Source of the DNA: a virus
Direction: 5' to 3' (one strand)
Virus record (IMG/VR): IMGVR_UViG_3300034198_017016
Coordinates: 7,595-71,594 of that record
Length of the DNA: 64,000 bases
Shown here: piece after piece, positions 8,429-18,987 of the stretch
Position numbering within the stretch: the first letter of the stretch is position 1
Layout of the letters: the number at the start of each line of letters is the position of its first letter
Translations under genes and position numbers: made by a program
Notes under the pieces: generated by a model
What the model saw: only the letters and a program-made list of their open reading frames with translations
Databases searched by the model: none
Told to the model about the DNA's origin: nothing

Positions 8429-10126
8429 ATGTCAAAAGCAAAATACAAAATTCTTGTAGTTCCATCGGATCGTACAGGTGTAGGATTTTTTAGATCCACC
8501 AAACCACATATTAGATTACAAGAATTATATCCCGATCTTTTTCACGTAGATATAGATTATGAACCAAGATTAGACGACGATAATTACTTAAAACAATATG
8601 ACTTAATTCATTATCATAGAACTTTGGGTCCTTATGACAAAATCGAATTACTTTTAAATAAGTTAGATAGTTTTGGAATTAAAACTATAATGGATCTTGA
8701 TGATTATTGGAGTCCTGGCACACATCACCCCGCTTATCATTTAATTAAGAATTCAAATCTTGATAAAATGATTTTAGACAATATAAAATTAGCAAGATGG
8801 GTCGCTACTACTACTCCTGCCTTTGCGGATGAAATAAGAAAATATAATAAAAATGTAGTTATCCACCCAAACACAATAGATCCTGAAGAGGATCAATATA
8901 TAATAAGAGAAGTTGAAAAGAAAAATGAAAGAGTTAGAATTGGTTGGTTAGGTGGTAGTTGTTTTGACGATAAAACTGAAATTTTAACTGAAAATGGTTA
9001 CAAATTATTTTCACAATTACATGAAGATGAAAAAGTTTTGATGTTTGATCCTGAAAAAGATGAGTATAAATTTGTAAAACCAAGTGCACATATTAGAATA
9101 GAATTTGAAGGTAAATTAAATTGTGCAGTTACTGATGAGATTGATTACGCAGTTACCCCAAACCATAATATGGTAATTTTAAATAATGGTAAGTTAGAAT
9201 TAATTCCTTCAGAGAAATTATATGGCACTACATTTATAATACCTAAACGTCACAATATGAAAGAAACCATAAAACCTGAGGATCAAACACAAATTGACTA
9301 TAAAGGTTTGGTCTATTGTGTAGAAGTCCCAACACACATAATTTGTGTGAGAAGAAATGGGAAATCAATGCTTTGTGGAAATTCACATAAACACGATTTA
9401 GAAATACTAAGACAAAATGTAAAAAAACTACATGGCGATAAATTAACAGATCACGTTAGATTTTATTTATGTGGGTATGATTTGAGGGGTACTGTAACTA
9501 TGATTGATCCAAATACTAAGGAACAAAAACAAAGACCAATTCAACCAAAAGAATCGGTATGGTACGAATATGAACAAATGTTTACTGATAATTTTACTAC
9601 AGTAACTCCGGCATATAAAGAATGGTTACATAAATTTGAGAAAAATGGAATTTATGACACTACTAACGAACCATATGAAAGAGTTTGGACAAAACCAATT
9701 ACGACATATGCGACAAATTATAATAATTTTGATATTGCTCTTGCTCCACTTGAAGAAAATATTTTTAATAAAGTTAAGTCACAATTAAAAGTTATTGAAT
9801 CAGGGTTCTTTAAGAAAGCACTAATTGCCCAAAATTACGGTCCATATAAAATTGATTGTATAAATGCTTGGGAAAAAGGCAATTGGAACCCTAAAGGTAA
9901 CGCACTATTAGTCGATTCTGTTAAAAATCATAAAGAATGGTATGAACACATGAAAAGGTTAATAAAAAATCCTAATGCAGTGGTTGATTTGGGTGAAAAA
10001 TTATATGAAACTGTTAAAGATAGATATCATATCAATACTGTTACGCATCAAAGGAAAGATTTTTATATTGCATTAATTGAAAATGAAATAAATCATTATA
10101 AAAAACATCAACACGAGATGGCCTAA
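8429..10126 (+). CDS. GT-B (GT4-like) glycosyltransferase interrupted by an intein
   Basis: DLDDYW, RIGWLGGS/SHKHDL, DIALAPLEENIFNKVKSQLKVIE are phage GT motifs. Confidence 0.85.
   Translation: MSKAKYKILVVPSDRTGVGFFRSTKPHIRLQELYPDLFHVDIDYEPRLDDDNYLKQYDLIHYHRTLGPYDKIELLLNKLDSFGIKTIMDLDDYWSPGTHHPAYHLIKNSNLDKMILDNIKLARWVATTTPAFADEIRKYNKNVVIHPNTIDPEEDQYIIREVEKKNERVRIGWLGGSCFDDKTEILTENGYKLFSQLHEDEKVLMFDPEKDEYKFVKPSAHIRIEFEGKLNCAVTDEIDYAVTPNHNMVILNNGKLELIPSEKLYGTTFIIPKRHNMKETIKPEDQTQIDYKGLVYCVEVPTHIICVRRNGKSMLCGNSHKHDLEILRQNVKKLHGDKLTDHVRFYLCGYDLRGTVTMIDPNTKEQKQRPIQPKESVWYEYEQMFTDNFTTVTPAYKEWLHKFEKNGIYDTTNEPYERVWTKPITTYATNYNNFDIALAPLEENIFNKVKSQLKVIESGFFKKALIAQNYGPYKIDCINAWEKGNWNPKGNALLVDSVKNHKEWYEHMKRLIKNPNAVVDLGEKLYETVKDRYHINTVTHQRKDFYIALIENEINHYKKHQHEMA
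8960..9382 (+). mobile_element. 141-aa mini-intein (Hint domain, no homing endonuclease)
   Basis: begins CFDDKTEILT (block A), has VTPNH (block B), YKGLVYCVEVP (block F), ends CGN followed by +1 Ser. Confidence 0.9.
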
Positions 10127-10128
10127 AT

Positions 10129-10158
10129 AAAAGGGAAGATTTTTTTCTTCCCTTTTTT
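10129..10158 (+). terminator. rho-independent terminator
   Basis: AAAAGGGAAGA-loop-TCTTCCCTTTT plus T tail. Confidence 0.75.
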
Positions 10159-10202
10159 GTTTTTTAAATTTTTAAATAGTATCTTTATAAAAAAAATATA
10201 TT

Positions 10203-10850
10203 ATGAATATTGGACGTTTCTTATTTATTTCGGTAAATTCAAAACCTATCACATTTACATTCAAAGAGTTAAAAGAAGTAAATCCTGGACTTTCTTTGGT
10301 TTGGAAAAATTATTGTAATTACGTTAGTGGTCATTCTGCTATTGTGGGAGAAGATTCATATGAGATTTGTTGGATGGATAAAGCTATGAATGTGCCAGAA
10401 TTTTGTAAATTAGAAATGGTATGTTTAGGTTTTATGTCCGAAGGGAAATTGAAGACTAAAGAATTAAGAGGTGAGGAAGAAACAATATTGAAAGAATTAA
10501 ATAAAGTTTTGGATAAAGTTCAAAATAATGAATGGATTCTTTGTGGATGGAACATTAAGAATTACGATGTCCCTCTATTAAATAAACGTTTTATGATCAA
10601 TAGAATTAAACCACATCAAATCCTACCAAAATCAGATACTAAACCTTGGGAGATGAAACAATTATTTGATCTTAAAGAGTATTGGAATGGTATGGCGTCA
10701 AGAGGTATTAATTCTATAGATGCGCTATATTACTCTATTTGTGACGATAAAGATACTTCTATTATGGAAGGAATTGATGAAGAAATAAATGAGAGGAATA
10801 AAATTTTAAAAATGTATAAAATTATAAAAGAATTTTCAGATATAGAATAA
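10203..10850 (+). CDS. PolB-like 3'-5' exonuclease homolog, probably catalytically degenerate
   Basis: PEFCK, GWNIKNYDVPLL, KPWE motifs; the ExoI DxE position reads FISVNS. Confidence 0.7.
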   Translation: MNIGRFLFISVNSKPITFTFKELKEVNPGLSLVWKNYCNYVSGHSAIVGEDSYEICWMDKAMNVPEFCKLEMVCLGFMSEGKLKTKELRGEEETILKELNKVLDKVQNNEWILCGWNIKNYDVPLLNKRFMINRIKPHQILPKSDTKPWEMKQLFDLKEYWNGMASRGINSIDALYYSICDDKDTSIMEGIDEEINERNKILKMYKIIKEFSDIE

Positions 10851-10900
10851 TTATCTTTTCTTTTAATTGAAAAATTATTATATTTAAAAAAAATAAAAAT

Positions 10901-11479
10901 ATGTGGGAATCATATAATTACGAAGGTTTTAATCCCCAAGAAATGTTTAGTGGAAATACTACCCATACCGGAGAAGAGGGATTAAAATTTAATTTACAAG
11001 AAATTTTAAATAATGCAAAAATTATCATTAAATTTAAAAATAATTCCAATAACCCCGACCCCATATACGCCCATGAAGGTGATTCAGGGTTTGATTTACG
11101 GGCTTATATACCACTTGAAGATAACGTCACAAAAAGGACTATAATTATACCCCCTATGGGTAGAAAATTAATCTCAACAGGATTATTTTTTGAATTACCT
11201 GAAAGTTATGAGTTACAAATTAGAAGCAGATCAGGACTTGCGGTTAAACATGGTATAGGAGTATTAACGGGTACAGTTGATAATGCATATAGAGGTGAGG
11301 TACATGTTCTTTTGATTAACTTAGGAGATGAACCTTTTAAAATTGAAAATGGTGACAGAATTGCTCAGGGAATAATTGTACCAAGACTTTCAACTGAATT
11401 TGGTTTGTTAGTAAAAGTCGATAACATAAACGAAACTAAACGAGGAGATGGTGGTTTCGGTTCTACAGGTAAAAAATAA
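10901..11479 (+). CDS. dut: trimeric dUTPase
   Basis: SGFDL, RSRSGLA, GTVDNAYRGE, GDRIAQ, RGDGGFGSTG. Confidence 0.95.
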   Translation: MWESYNYEGFNPQEMFSGNTTHTGEEGLKFNLQEILNNAKIIIKFKNNSNNPDPIYAHEGDSGFDLRAYIPLEDNVTKRTIIIPPMGRKLISTGLFFELPESYELQIRSRSGLAVKHGIGVLTGTVDNAYRGEVHVLLINLGDEPFKIENGDRIAQGIIVPRLSTEFGLLVKVDNINETKRGDGGFGSTGKK

Positions 11480-11480
11480 T

Positions 11481-13037
11481 ATGATAACAGTAGTATATAG
11501 CACAAGAAAAGAAAATCCCGAATATCAAAAACATATTAAACAAACTATAGGTTTAAAAGATTTTGAAATTTTAGAATATACAAATGAAAGGCAATATTCA
11601 TTAACTGAACTTTATAATAAAGGGTTAAATGAATCATCAAACGATATTGTAATATTCATTCACGATGATTTATTATTTGAACAAGATTCTAAATGGGGTA
11701 AAAAAATAATTAAACATTTTAATAATTCTGATTTTGGTATTTTAGGTAAGGCGGGAACTACGTCTTTAACTCAAAGTGGAAGGTGGTGGGATGAAACACA
11801 TCTTATGGTTGGGTCAGTATATCATACCCAATATTACGAAGAAACTAAAAAAAGAGTTACTTGGGAAAGTAGGTATTCGGGATTATTTCATGATAAAATT
11901 ATTCCTGTTGTACTTGTAGATGGATTATTTATTGCAGTAAACAAAAAAAGAATTAAAAAAAATTTTGATGAAAACATAAAAGGTTTTCACCTTTACGATG
12001 TAGATTTTTCTATTGCAAATTATTTTGCAGGTGTTAAGATTGGGGTTATATTTGATTTTAAATTAACCCATAAATCTATTGGAATGACTAATGAAGAATG
12101 GGAGCAAAATAGAAAACAACTTGTTCAAAAATGGGCATTTTATACTGACGATCAAGGTAATAAAAAATTAGGACTACCTGTAAGTATTGAACCGAATAAA
12201 ATTGAATACGAAGAAGTTAAAGTTAAAATTAAGAATGAACCAAAAGTTGCGGTTATTATACCGACTAAATCTAAATTAGATATTCTTTTTAAATGTCTAG
12301 ATTCATTTAGGGAAAAATCTAAATACCAAAACTATAAAATATATATTGCAGATACTGGATCAAGTGATAATGAAATAATTTCAATACAAAATTATATTGA
12401 TAATCATAATTTTGAAAAATATGAGTTAATAAAATATGATTATTATAATTTTGCAAAAATTAATAACGATGTGGTTAATAATCATATTGAAAAAGATACC
12501 GAACTTTTACTATTCTGTAATAATGACATTGAATTAATTAATGATGCGTTATCTATAATGGTAGACCATTATCTTAAACATAAAAATGAAGTTGGTACAA
12601 TAGGTGCTAGATTACATTTTCCAAATCATAGTGTGCAACATGCCGGCGTAATAATTGGGATTAGAAAAGATAATTCTTTATTTTTATCTCATAGAGGGTT
12701 AAAATCTTACTATAATTATGAACCTAAAATGGTTTATAATGTATTTGGGTCAACCGGTGCTTTTTTAATGATACCTAAAATGCAATTTGAAAAAGTTAAT
12801 GGTTTTAATCAAAATTATAACGAATGTTTTGAAGATGTGGAATTAAATGTTAGACAAATTTTAAATGGAAAAATAAATATGTTTTGTGGGGACGCGGTTT
12901 GTATTCACTATGAAAGTCTCACTAGGGGGGAAGGAAAACAACAAAGAGAAACTAAAGATTTTAATGAAGTTTTAGTCCCTTTAATGAAAGATTGTTTAAA
13001 TAATGAAAAAATACGTAAACATTTAATATTAGGGTGA
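11481..13037 (+). CDS. two-domain GT-A (GT2-like) glycosyltransferase
   Basis: N-domain FIHDD, DGLFIA, GFHLYDVD; C-domain VIIPT, ADTGS, NNDIE, GARL, QHAG, EDVE. Confidence 0.9.
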   Translation: MITVVYSTRKENPEYQKHIKQTIGLKDFEILEYTNERQYSLTELYNKGLNESSNDIVIFIHDDLLFEQDSKWGKKIIKHFNNSDFGILGKAGTTSLTQSGRWWDETHLMVGSVYHTQYYEETKKRVTWESRYSGLFHDKIIPVVLVDGLFIAVNKKRIKKNFDENIKGFHLYDVDFSIANYFAGVKIGVIFDFKLTHKSIGMTNEEWEQNRKQLVQKWAFYTDDQGNKKLGLPVSIEPNKIEYEEVKVKIKNEPKVAVIIPTKSKLDILFKCLDSFREKSKYQNYKIYIADTGSSDNEIISIQNYIDNHNFEKYELIKYDYYNFAKINNDVVNNHIEKDTELLLFCNNDIELINDALSIMVDHYLKHKNEVGTIGARLHFPNHSVQHAGVIIGIRKDNSLFLSHRGLKSYYNYEPKMVYNVFGSTGAFLMIPKMQFEKVNGFNQNYNECFEDVELNVRQILNGKINMFCGDAVCIHYESLTRGEGKQQRETKDFNEVLVPLMKDCLNNEKIRKHLILG

Positions 13038-13804
13038 TGAAATTGGGTGTAAGTTATAATTTATTTGATGGTGAAGAATTACTTGAGGGATCTATAAGAC
13101 AAATTAGAGATCAAGTTGATTATATAAGTGTGGTCTATCAAACCATTTCTAATTTTGGTAACCCTTCTAATGTAGAACTTGTTAATTTTTTAAATAACTT
13201 AAAAAATGATGGTTTAGTTGATGAATTATTTGAATATACTCCGAGAGTAAATTCGGGTGGACATTCAAATGAAATAACCAAAAGAAATATAGGTTTATCT
13301 TTATCTGTTGGGTCAAAATGTACTCATCATATGTCTATGGATTCTGATGAATATTATTTACCTGAACAATTTAAATTTTTAAAAGAAGAAATGTTAAATG
13401 GAGATTATGATTCTTCATTTTGTCAAATGAAGACATATTATAAGTCTTGGGAATATCAATTAGATCCACCTGAAGATTATTATGTATCATTAATTTATAA
13501 ACTAAATCAATATAGTTTATATGAAATGGGTAAACCAAGTCCAGTATTGGTTGATCCGACTAGAAGAATGGAATCAGGTAAATATATAATTTTTAAAAGA
13601 GATGAAATTGAAATGCATCATGGTTCTTACATTAGAAATAATATAAAGACAAAATTAGAAAATAGTTCTGCATCAGTGAACTTTAAAAGTGACATAGAAA
13701 AAATAACAGAACATTATAACAATTGGGAATATCCTAACAAAGTATTGTGGGGTGGATTACCTAGTAAATTATTTAGTGTTAAAAAAATTAAAAATTTATT
13801 TTAA
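13034..13804 (+). CDS. putative GT-A glycosyltransferase
   Basis: KRNIGL...MSMDSDEYY DxD motif. Confidence 0.7.
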   Translation: MMKLGVSYNLFDGEELLEGSIRQIRDQVDYISVVYQTISNFGNPSNVELVNFLNNLKNDGLVDELFEYTPRVNSGGHSNEITKRNIGLSLSVGSKCTHHMSMDSDEYYLPEQFKFLKEEMLNGDYDSSFCQMKTYYKSWEYQLDPPEDYYVSLIYKLNQYSLYEMGKPSPVLVDPTRRMESGKYIIFKRDEIEMHHGSYIRNNIKTKLENSSASVNFKSDIEKITEHYNNWEYPNKVLWGGLPSKLFSVKKIKNLF

Positions 13805-13808
13805 AAAT

Positions 13809-14474
13809 ATGGAATTAAATGATATAATGATTAAATATGGGACAGATAAACAAAAAGTCCTACACAATTACGTTCAATTTTATGAAAAGTATTTTGAACC
13901 TATTAAAAATGAGAAATTAAAAATATTGGAAATTGGTATTTATCGTCCACCTGCTGGCAGTCCAAATTCTGTAGGTGCCTCATTAAAAACATGGAAAGAT
14001 TATTTTGTTAATTCTAAAATATATGGTGTTGATTTAGGTTTATTTGATGATGTTGACGATGGGAATATTAAAACAATACTTGCAGACCAAGAATTAAGAT
14101 ATGGTAATGATAGTGTTAAAGGACTTAATGAAGTAATAGAAAATTTTGGATCAGATTTTGATATTATTATAGATGATGGTGGTCATACAATGTTACAACA
14201 ACAAATAACTTTGGGTTTTATGTTTAAATATTTAAAAAGTGGTGGTCTATTCATTATAGAGGATTTACACACTTCTTATTTTGCCCCATTCGCTTATAAC
14301 AAAACAAATACTAATAACACAACATTGAATATGGTACAAAATTATATAAATAAAGGTACTATTATTAGTGACTTTATTACCCAAGAAGAGAATGAGTATT
14401 TGATATCTAATATAAAAGAAATGAAAATGTATAAGGGTAACCATTCTGAAATTGTTTTCATAGAAAAAAAATGA
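13809..14474 (+). CDS. class I SAM-dependent (sugar O-) methyltransferase
   Basis: YGTDK, ILEIGI, YGVD, DQ, FDIIIDDGGH, GGLFIIEDL (MycE/OleY-like pattern). Confidence 0.85.
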   Translation: MELNDIMIKYGTDKQKVLHNYVQFYEKYFEPIKNEKLKILEIGIYRPPAGSPNSVGASLKTWKDYFVNSKIYGVDLGLFDDVDDGNIKTILADQELRYGNDSVKGLNEVIENFGSDFDIIIDDGGHTMLQQQITLGFMFKYLKSGGLFIIEDLHTSYFAPFAYNKTNTNNTTLNMVQNYINKGTIISDFITQEENEYLISNIKEMKMYKGNHSEIVFIEKK

Positions 14475-15361
14475 AAAATTGTTTTATCATATCTTTTTTT
14501 CTTAATTCGGAAGAAAGTTTATTAATTTTAGAGGACATGTTATTAAGGTTATCTTCTAATTTTAATAATTCTACATTTATCATAGGTTTTAACCCATCAC
14601 CTTTTGTACCAAAGGCAATTCAATTACTTAACAAATATGAAGAAATAGAAATTTTATATGATGTGGTTGAAGATCATTTGGTTTGTAATTCTGATGCATC
14701 AGGGTTTCAAAGTGCTTTAAAAACTTTAAAAAATAGTAAACGTAGTTATGATTTGTATTGGTTTTTACATAGTAAAGCGGTAACTACAGGTAGACATGAA
14801 GAAAGAGAATACATGTTAAATGATTTTATTAATAATAAAACCGATATACAAAATCTTTTCTTTGAAAATAATTTTGTAGGTTCGTATGGCGATATGTTAA
14901 TTCACCTTGGCACCCTTAAAAAGGGTCATAAGTATTCGACACCTACAAATAGTGGTAATTATATGGATAATTTTTATAATTTTAAAATTAAATCTCCTTT
15001 GGAATATTTTTATGCTAAAACTTTTTATGTTATAAGGGGTGAGATTATTAATAACTTTATTAATATGTGTGATTTATCTTTTTTTAATGATAATTTAAAT
15101 ATTAATGGAACTTTATATGGGAAAATAACTGACAGATATTTTTTTGAGAGAGATTTTATAAGAATTGTAGATAAAATGGGATTTTTAGTTTTAGGGAGAG
15201 TGATATCTAACTATATAAGTGATAATAGATGGGGGTTTTTAACAACTAAAGAATCAAATGACATATATTTGGAAGAAGTTAGTATGTGGATAGATATTAA
15301 TAATCTAAATTTAGAAAAAGAAAAAATTTTAAATACTATAAAAAAATGGCAAAGAACGTAA
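14471..15361 (+). CDS. hypothetical, possibly rhamnan-synthesis/GT-like protein
   Basis: YWFLHSK and YFFER resemble RgpF-like motifs; lies within the glycan locus. Confidence 0.45.
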   Translation: MKNCFIISFFLNSEESLLILEDMLLRLSSNFNNSTFIIGFNPSPFVPKAIQLLNKYEEIEILYDVVEDHLVCNSDASGFQSALKTLKNSKRSYDLYWFLHSKAVTTGRHEEREYMLNDFINNKTDIQNLFFENNFVGSYGDMLIHLGTLKKGHKYSTPTNSGNYMDNFYNFKIKSPLEYFYAKTFYVIRGEIINNFINMCDLSFFNDNLNINGTLYGKITDRYFFERDFIRIVDKMGFLVLGRVISNYISDNRWGFLTTKESNDIYLEEVSMWIDINNLNLEKEKILNTIKKWQRT

Positions 15362-16413
15362 TAACAGTAACTGGTATTAGACCAGATTTCATAAGAATGT
15401 CTGAAATTTTTAAAAAATTAGATGAAAATTTTAATCATACATTAATACATAGTGGACAACATTTTGATAAATTGTTATCAGACGTTTTTTTTGAAGAATT
15501 AAACATTAGAAGACCTGATTATAATTTAGGTGTAGGCGGTGACAATAGAGAACATTTTCACCAAAACGCTGACTTATCCATTAAATTAATAGAGTTAATT
15601 CGTAACGAAAATTTAAATCCTGATATAATTTTATTTTTAGGGGACTCAAATTCTGTAACTTGTTCAGTACCATTAAAAAAAGAAGGTTATAAAATAGGTC
15701 ATGTAGAAGCGGGTATGCGTTCTTACGATAAAAGAATGTTAGAGGAAATAAATAGAGTAGTATGTGATCATTGTAGTGATATTTTATTTGTTTATCATGA
15801 AAATTATAAAGAAAAGGCTGTTAAAGAAAACATAGATCCTAATAGTATTTTTGTTGTTGGCAATACAATTGTAGAAATAGTTAAAAAATTTAAATTTAAT
15901 CAACCAAAAAGAGACGATTTAATTTTAGTGGATATCCATAGACCTGAAAATTTCAAGTACATTGAAAGAATGGAAAATATAATAGAGTATGCAAATTTAA
16001 TGGGTCAAAAATTTAAAAAACCAATCATTATGTTAGGGTTTAAAAGGACTTTAGATCATATAAAAAAATTTAATTTAAATTTAGGTAATATAAAAATTGT
16101 TGATTTGATGCCATATGGCGAATATATCCAAACTGTTTATAACAGTTCTTTTATAATTTCAGATTCAGGAACCGGTCAAGAAGAACCTGCAATATTAGAT
16201 ACACCTGTTATTGTACCTAGAGATTTTACTGAAAGACCCGAATCAATGGAAAATAATTGTTCTTTTATGATTAATGTTAATAAAAAAAATGATTTAAGTT
16301 GGACTTTATCGGAAAAATGGTTATCATTAGAATGTAAAAATAAAAATGTTGATTGGTTGGGTGATGGAAAAACTTCAGACAATGTAATTAATATATTAAA
16401 AAAAATATTATGA
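15346..16413 (+). CDS. UDP-N-acetylhexosamine 2-epimerase (WecB/FnlC/WbjD family)
   Basis: GIRPD, HSGQH, GD, HVEAGMRS, EEINR, VGN, HRPEN, SDSG, QEE, TERPE. Confidence 0.92.
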   Translation: MAKNVITVTGIRPDFIRMSEIFKKLDENFNHTLIHSGQHFDKLLSDVFFEELNIRRPDYNLGVGGDNREHFHQNADLSIKLIELIRNENLNPDIILFLGDSNSVTCSVPLKKEGYKIGHVEAGMRSYDKRMLEEINRVVCDHCSDILFVYHENYKEKAVKENIDPNSIFVVGNTIVEIVKKFKFNQPKRDDLILVDIHRPENFKYIERMENIIEYANLMGQKFKKPIIMLGFKRTLDHIKKFNLNLGNIKIVDLMPYGEYIQTVYNSSFIISDSGTGQEEPAILDTPVIVPRDFTERPESMENNCSFMINVNKKNDLSWTLSEKWLSLECKNKNVDWLGDGKTSDNVINILKKIL

Positions 16414-17201
16414 TATCAATTGTTTCGGCTTATCACAATAGAAAAAATTTACTTTTTAACACTTTAAAAAGTTTAGAAAATTCAAATTATAAAGATTTTG
16501 AATTTATTTTAGTGGATGATTGTAGTGATGATCAACATAGAGTTGAAGAATTTTGTGAATTATTCCCTTTTTTAAAAATTGTAAGATTAGAAAAAAAAGA
16601 TAAGTGGTATATAAATCCTTGTGCGGTTTTTAATAAAGGGTTTAAAGAAGTAAAAGGTGAAATAGTTATTATACAAAATCCTGAGTGTTTACACATTGGA
16701 GATGTTTTAAGTTTTGCCTCTAAAATCAAAGATGAAGAATATATTAGTTTTAGTTGTTATTCTATTAATAAAGAAAAAACTGAAAATTTAACTAATTTAA
16801 TTCATAATACCAATGATTTAAATAATGAATCATTATTAAAACTAATTCAACCTGAATACAAATCAGTTGGATCTGATGGTGATAATGGATGGTATAATCA
16901 CCCTGTAATGAGACCAGTTGGTTATCATTTTTGCTCTGCAATTACTACAAAAAATTTATATGATTTAGGTGGTTTTGATGAAAGGTATGCTATGGGTATT
17001 TCATATGATGACGACGAATTTTTAATTAGAATTAGAAAAAAAGGTTTAAAAATAAAAATAATTACACACCCGTTTGTAACACACCAATGGCATTATAGTG
17101 GTCATAATTATCAAAATATGAACATAAACGAATTAGTAAAAAAAAATAGGGATTTATTACAAATAACCATTAACCAACCTTCTTGGATTGCTAACAAATA
17201 A
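16410..17201 (+). CDS. GT2 family glycosyltransferase
   Basis: ISIV, LVDDCS, NKG, GGFDE, DDDE. Confidence 0.88.
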   Translation: MISIVSAYHNRKNLLFNTLKSLENSNYKDFEFILVDDCSDDQHRVEEFCELFPFLKIVRLEKKDKWYINPCAVFNKGFKEVKGEIVIIQNPECLHIGDVLSFASKIKDEEYISFSCYSINKEKTENLTNLIHNTNDLNNESLLKLIQPEYKSVGSDGDNGWYNHPVMRPVGYHFCSAITTKNLYDLGGFDERYAMGISYDDDEFLIRIRKKGLKIKIITHPFVTHQWHYSGHNYQNMNINELVKKNRDLLQITINQPSWIANK

Positions 17202-17214
17202 AAATATAAAAAAT

Positions 17215-17997
17215 ATGAAAGTATTCGATTGTTTTAAGTTTTTTAACGAATTAGAGTTATTAGAGCTACGATTAATGGAGTTAAATGATGTCGTAGACTA
17301 TTTTGTATTAGTTGAAGCTAATAAAACTCACACAGGGCTACCTAAAGAATATATTTTTGAAAATAATAAAATAAAATTTTCTAAATATATAGATAAAATA
17401 ATACACGTAAAAGTTGATGATTTACCACCATATTCTAAAGAAGATATATGGTCTGCGGAAAATTTCCAAAGAAATTGTATTATGAGGGGACTTATTGATG
17501 TTGCAGAAAATGGGGACAAAATTATTATTTCTGATATTGACGAAATTCCAAACACCGAAGTAATAAAAAATAATTTAAATAATCAAAACGTGGTAACATT
17601 TAGGCAAAAATTATACTATTATTATGTTAATTGTGAACAAAATTGTCATTGGGATGGACCTATAATGGCAACTTACGGGACTTTTAATAATCCGCAACAA
17701 TTAAGAAATGCTGCAAGGTCAGGTTTAAATGCGGTAAATAATGGTGGTTGGCATTATAGTTTTATGGGTGGAGCCGAAAGAGTTAAATTAAAAGTTGAAA
17801 GTATTGCAGAATCACATTATATTATCGATAATGTTGGTTCAGTAGAAGAAATTAAAAATAAAATGGAAAATCAAAAAGATTTGTGGAATAGAACTGAATC
17901 TTATGCACAAAAAAGAATAGTAGATATAACTAATAATAAACCTAAAATGATGGATAATTTTTTAGATAAATATCCTGATTTTTTTTATAAAACATAA
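17215..17997 (+). CDS. GT17-like N-acetylglucosaminyltransferase
   Basis: FDCF.FFNEL.LLELR..EL...VDYFVLVE, ENFQRN, SDIDEIP, GGWHYSF. Confidence 0.85.
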   Translation: MKVFDCFKFFNELELLELRLMELNDVVDYFVLVEANKTHTGLPKEYIFENNKIKFSKYIDKIIHVKVDDLPPYSKEDIWSAENFQRNCIMRGLIDVAENGDKIIISDIDEIPNTEVIKNNLNNQNVVTFRQKLYYYYVNCEQNCHWDGPIMATYGTFNNPQQLRNAARSGLNAVNNGGWHYSFMGGAERVKLKVESIAESHYIIDNVGSVEEIKNKMENQKDLWNRTESYAQKRIVDITNNKPKMMDNFLDKYPDFFYKT

Positions 17998-18003
17998 TTA
18001 ACT

Positions 18004-18966
18004 ATGAAGGGTAAAAAAATATTAATTATTGGTGGTACCGGTTCATTAGGTAACATGTTAATTAAAAAATATCAAGATACTAATGATATTTTGGTCTATA
18101 GTAGAAATGAACATAAACAAGTGACATTGGGATCGGAACCTTGGTTAAATAAAGATTCAGTTTCTTTTATGATAGGGGATATAAAAGATAGAGACTCTAT
18201 TTGGAATGCTATAGAAATTTATAAACCTGACGTTGTTATCAATACTGCCGCCTTAAAACATGTCACTGTTTGTCAAACAGATCCGTATGAGTCTGTTAAA
18301 GTTAACATAATAGGTCACCAAAATCTAATAGAAGTTTTAAAAAGATCTAAACATAAAGTAGAAACTTTAATTTTTATATCGACTGACAAAGCTTGTAAAC
18401 CTATTAATGTTTACGGTATGTGTAAGGCGATATCAGAAAATTTATATGTAGATTTTGCTAAAAAACAAGATGAAATAAAAGTTTGCTTAGTACGTTATGG
18501 TAATGTATTAAATTCAAATGGTTCTGTGATACCTTTATTTAAAAAATTATTGTCTGAACGCACCGAATACTTACCTATTACTGATAATAGAATGACTAGA
18601 TTTTTATTACCATTAGAGGACGCGATAAAATTAATAGATTGGACATACAATAACCCAAACTCGCACGGTAAAATTGCAGTACCTAAAGTGAAATCTTTTA
18701 AAATAACTGACATTGCTAAGGCATTGATAAAATCAACATATGGTACTGAAAACGCCATACCATTAAAAATTGTCGGTATTAGACCTGGTGAAAAATTGCA
18801 TGAAGAGATGATATCAGAAGAAGAATGGATGAAAACGGAAGAAGAAGAAAACTATTTAATAACAACAAAACATTTAACCGATGATATAAATAGTTACAAT
18901 TCATACGATTCGCTTATGTGTAGCGACGATGTTTATGATTTTTTAAAAATTAATAATATAATATAA
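18004..18966 (+). CDS. UDP-GlcNAc 4,6-dehydratase (FnlA/CapE/PseB-like)
   Basis: GGTGSLG, YSRNE, GDIKD, AALKHV, STDKA, YGMCK, RYGNV, MTRF, GIRPGEKLHE. Confidence 0.9.
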   Translation: MKGKKILIIGGTGSLGNMLIKKYQDTNDILVYSRNEHKQVTLGSEPWLNKDSVSFMIGDIKDRDSIWNAIEIYKPDVVINTAALKHVTVCQTDPYESVKVNIIGHQNLIEVLKRSKHKVETLIFISTDKACKPINVYGMCKAISENLYVDFAKKQDEIKVCLVRYGNVLNSNGSVIPLFKKLLSERTEYLPITDNRMTRFLLPLEDAIKLIDWTYNNPNSHGKIAVPKVKSFKITDIAKALIKSTYGTENAIPLKIVGIRPGEKLHEEMISEEEWMKTEEEENYLITTKHLTDDINSYNSYDSLMCSDDVYDFLKINNII

Positions 18967-18987
18967 TATATTTAGAAAAAAATAAAA

